A DNA stretch of 64,000 bases from Thermoanaerobaculia bacterium (lineage in GTDB: Bacteria > Acidobacteriota > Thermoanaerobaculia > Multivoradales > UBA5704). Where the stretch lies: assembly GCA_045807625.1 (NCBI GenBank), contig JBJMHA010000063.1:1481-65480 (forward strand). The letters run 5' to 3'. Below are positions 63,171-64,000 of the stretch, in pieces; the first letter of the stretch is position 1; each line of letters opens with the position of its first letter. Made by a program: the position numbers and the translations under genes. A model generated the notes under the pieces. The model worked only from the letters and a program-made list of their open reading frames with translations. It was not told where the DNA came from and made no database searches.

Positions 63171-64000
63171 GACACCCTACGCTCCCGCTCCCCCCGGACC
63201 GATGCCGTTCCGCCTGCTGCTCGACGAGGCGCTGCGGCAGGCCCGGCGGAATTTCCGCGCCATCTACCCCGCGGTGGCGGTCCCCGTGGCGATCGTCTCC
63301 TCGGCCATGGCCGCCCTGCAGGCCGTCTGGTTCTCCAGGATGACGCTGGACCTCAGCACCCCGAACGCGGGGTTCTTGAGCCCGGGGTACTTCCTCGTGC
63401 TCCTGTTCCAGATCGCGCTGTTCGTCGTCGCCGGCAACGCCCTGCAGGTGGGGGCCCTCGACGCGGCCAACGGCCGGCCGGTCGACATGGGGAGGGCCTG
63501 GCGCTTCTCCCTCCAGGGGCGGGTCCTGGTTACCCTGGTGCTATCGCTCGTGCTCAGCCTCGCCGCGTTCTTCTGCTGCTGCCTGCCGGCCCTGGTGGTG
63601 GTCCCCATGCTCAGCTTGGTCCCGGCGGTGATGGTGGAGGAGGGCTCGTTCCTCGTCCGCGCGCTGTCGCGCAGCATCGACCTCACCACGTACCGTCCCC
63701 ATGGGCGCTGGCAGGAGATGGCGCTGTTCCGGGTCCTGCTGGTGATCTTCGTCGGCCTGCTCCTCGCCTACCTCGTCGGCATCCTGGTCAGCCTCCCCTT
63801 CCAGGTGCCGATGTACATCGACCTCTTCCGTCACGCCGCCGCGGGAGAGGACATGGTGCGGCGCATGTCCTCCTGGATCTGGCTGCAGGTGCCGGCGCAA
63901 TTCCTCAACGCCCTGGCCACCCAGGCGGTCTCCGTCTATACCTCCTTCTGCATCGCCCTGCTCTTCCACGACGCGCGCGGGCGCAAGGAGGGGACCGACC
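63163..64000 (+). CDS. Polytopic membrane protein of unknown function, 3'-truncated at window edge
   Basis: The ATG at 63163 (ATGATTGA overlaps the upstream stop) opens a frame with no stop to the window end, so it is absent from the ORF track. High GC3, multiple TM helices. Minus-strand ORFs 63264..63689 and 63541..63969 are judged shadows. Confidence 0.5.
   Translation, partial: MIETPYAPAPPGPMPFRLLLDEALRQARRNFRAIYPAVAVPVAIVSSAMAALQAVWFSRMTLDLSTPNAGFLSPGYFLVLLFQIALFVVAGNALQVGALDAANGRPVDMGRAWRFSLQGRVLVTLVLSLVLSLAAFFCCCLPALVVVPMLSLVPAVMVEEGSFLVRALSRSIDLTTYRPHGRWQEMALFRVLLVIFVGLLLAYLVGILVSLPFQVPMYIDLFRHAAAGEDMVRRMSSWIWLQVPAQFLNALATQAVSVYTSFCIALLFHDARGRKEGTD

Overview
GC-rich (~70%) chromosomal segment, probably from a soil bacterium (Acidobacteriota-like or other high-GC Gram-negative), densely coded on both strands. 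GC3-poor shadow ORFs are frequent in the six-frame track. All calls below rest on reading the translated ORFs and the DNA by eye; no searches were run.

Layout:
- 1-4.9 kb: 3' part of a large beta-helix adhesin-like protein, then three tandem phage-tail-collar (MdpB-like) paralogs and a Tat-secreted protein.
- 4.9-17 kb: cell-envelope glycan genes (GNAT, methyltransferase, NAD-epimerase, DUF5060/DUF4038 glycosidase-like, ArnT-like glycosyltransferase, Wzx-like flippase, a large lipoprotein).
- 17-22 kb: RRM RNA-binding protein, Slt lytic transglycosylase and M23 peptidase, divergent across a large palindrome.
- 21.8-25.6 kb: lower-GC islet holding an 82-bp tandem-repeat array fused to a remnant of a Cys-rich secreted-peptide gene, an intact copy of that peptide, a VOC protein and a UPF0175/PIN toxin-antitoxin pair.
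- 25.6-28.2 kb: PAPS pathway (cysQ, fused sat/cysC).
- 30-38.5 kb: EPS export core (CpsB/Wzb phosphatase, Wzc, Wza, outer-membrane protein, Wzy-like).
- 38.5-51 kb, the most unusual part: two peptide-modification-like modules built from duplicated HprK-related kinases, PF14907-type nucleotidyltransferases and PqqD-like proteins, sitting inside the EPS locus.
- Module 1 is an S24-like protein, HprK-like kinase A, PqqD and a radical-SAM/SPASM enzyme.
- Module 2 is a 25-aa peptide carrying a lasso-peptide leader motif but essentially no core, then PqqD (B1-like), a transglutaminase-like B2, HprK-like kinase B and a nucleotidyltransferase. No lasso cyclase is present.
- 51-64 kb: sigma-54 activator, a sigma-54 promoter and UAS driving a small membrane ORF plus an RsbW/RsbV/RsbU-like partner-switching operon, an exported isoaspartate-repair set (isoaspartyl peptidase, two Pcm paralogs), PmbA/TldE, an amidohydrolase and membrane proteins.
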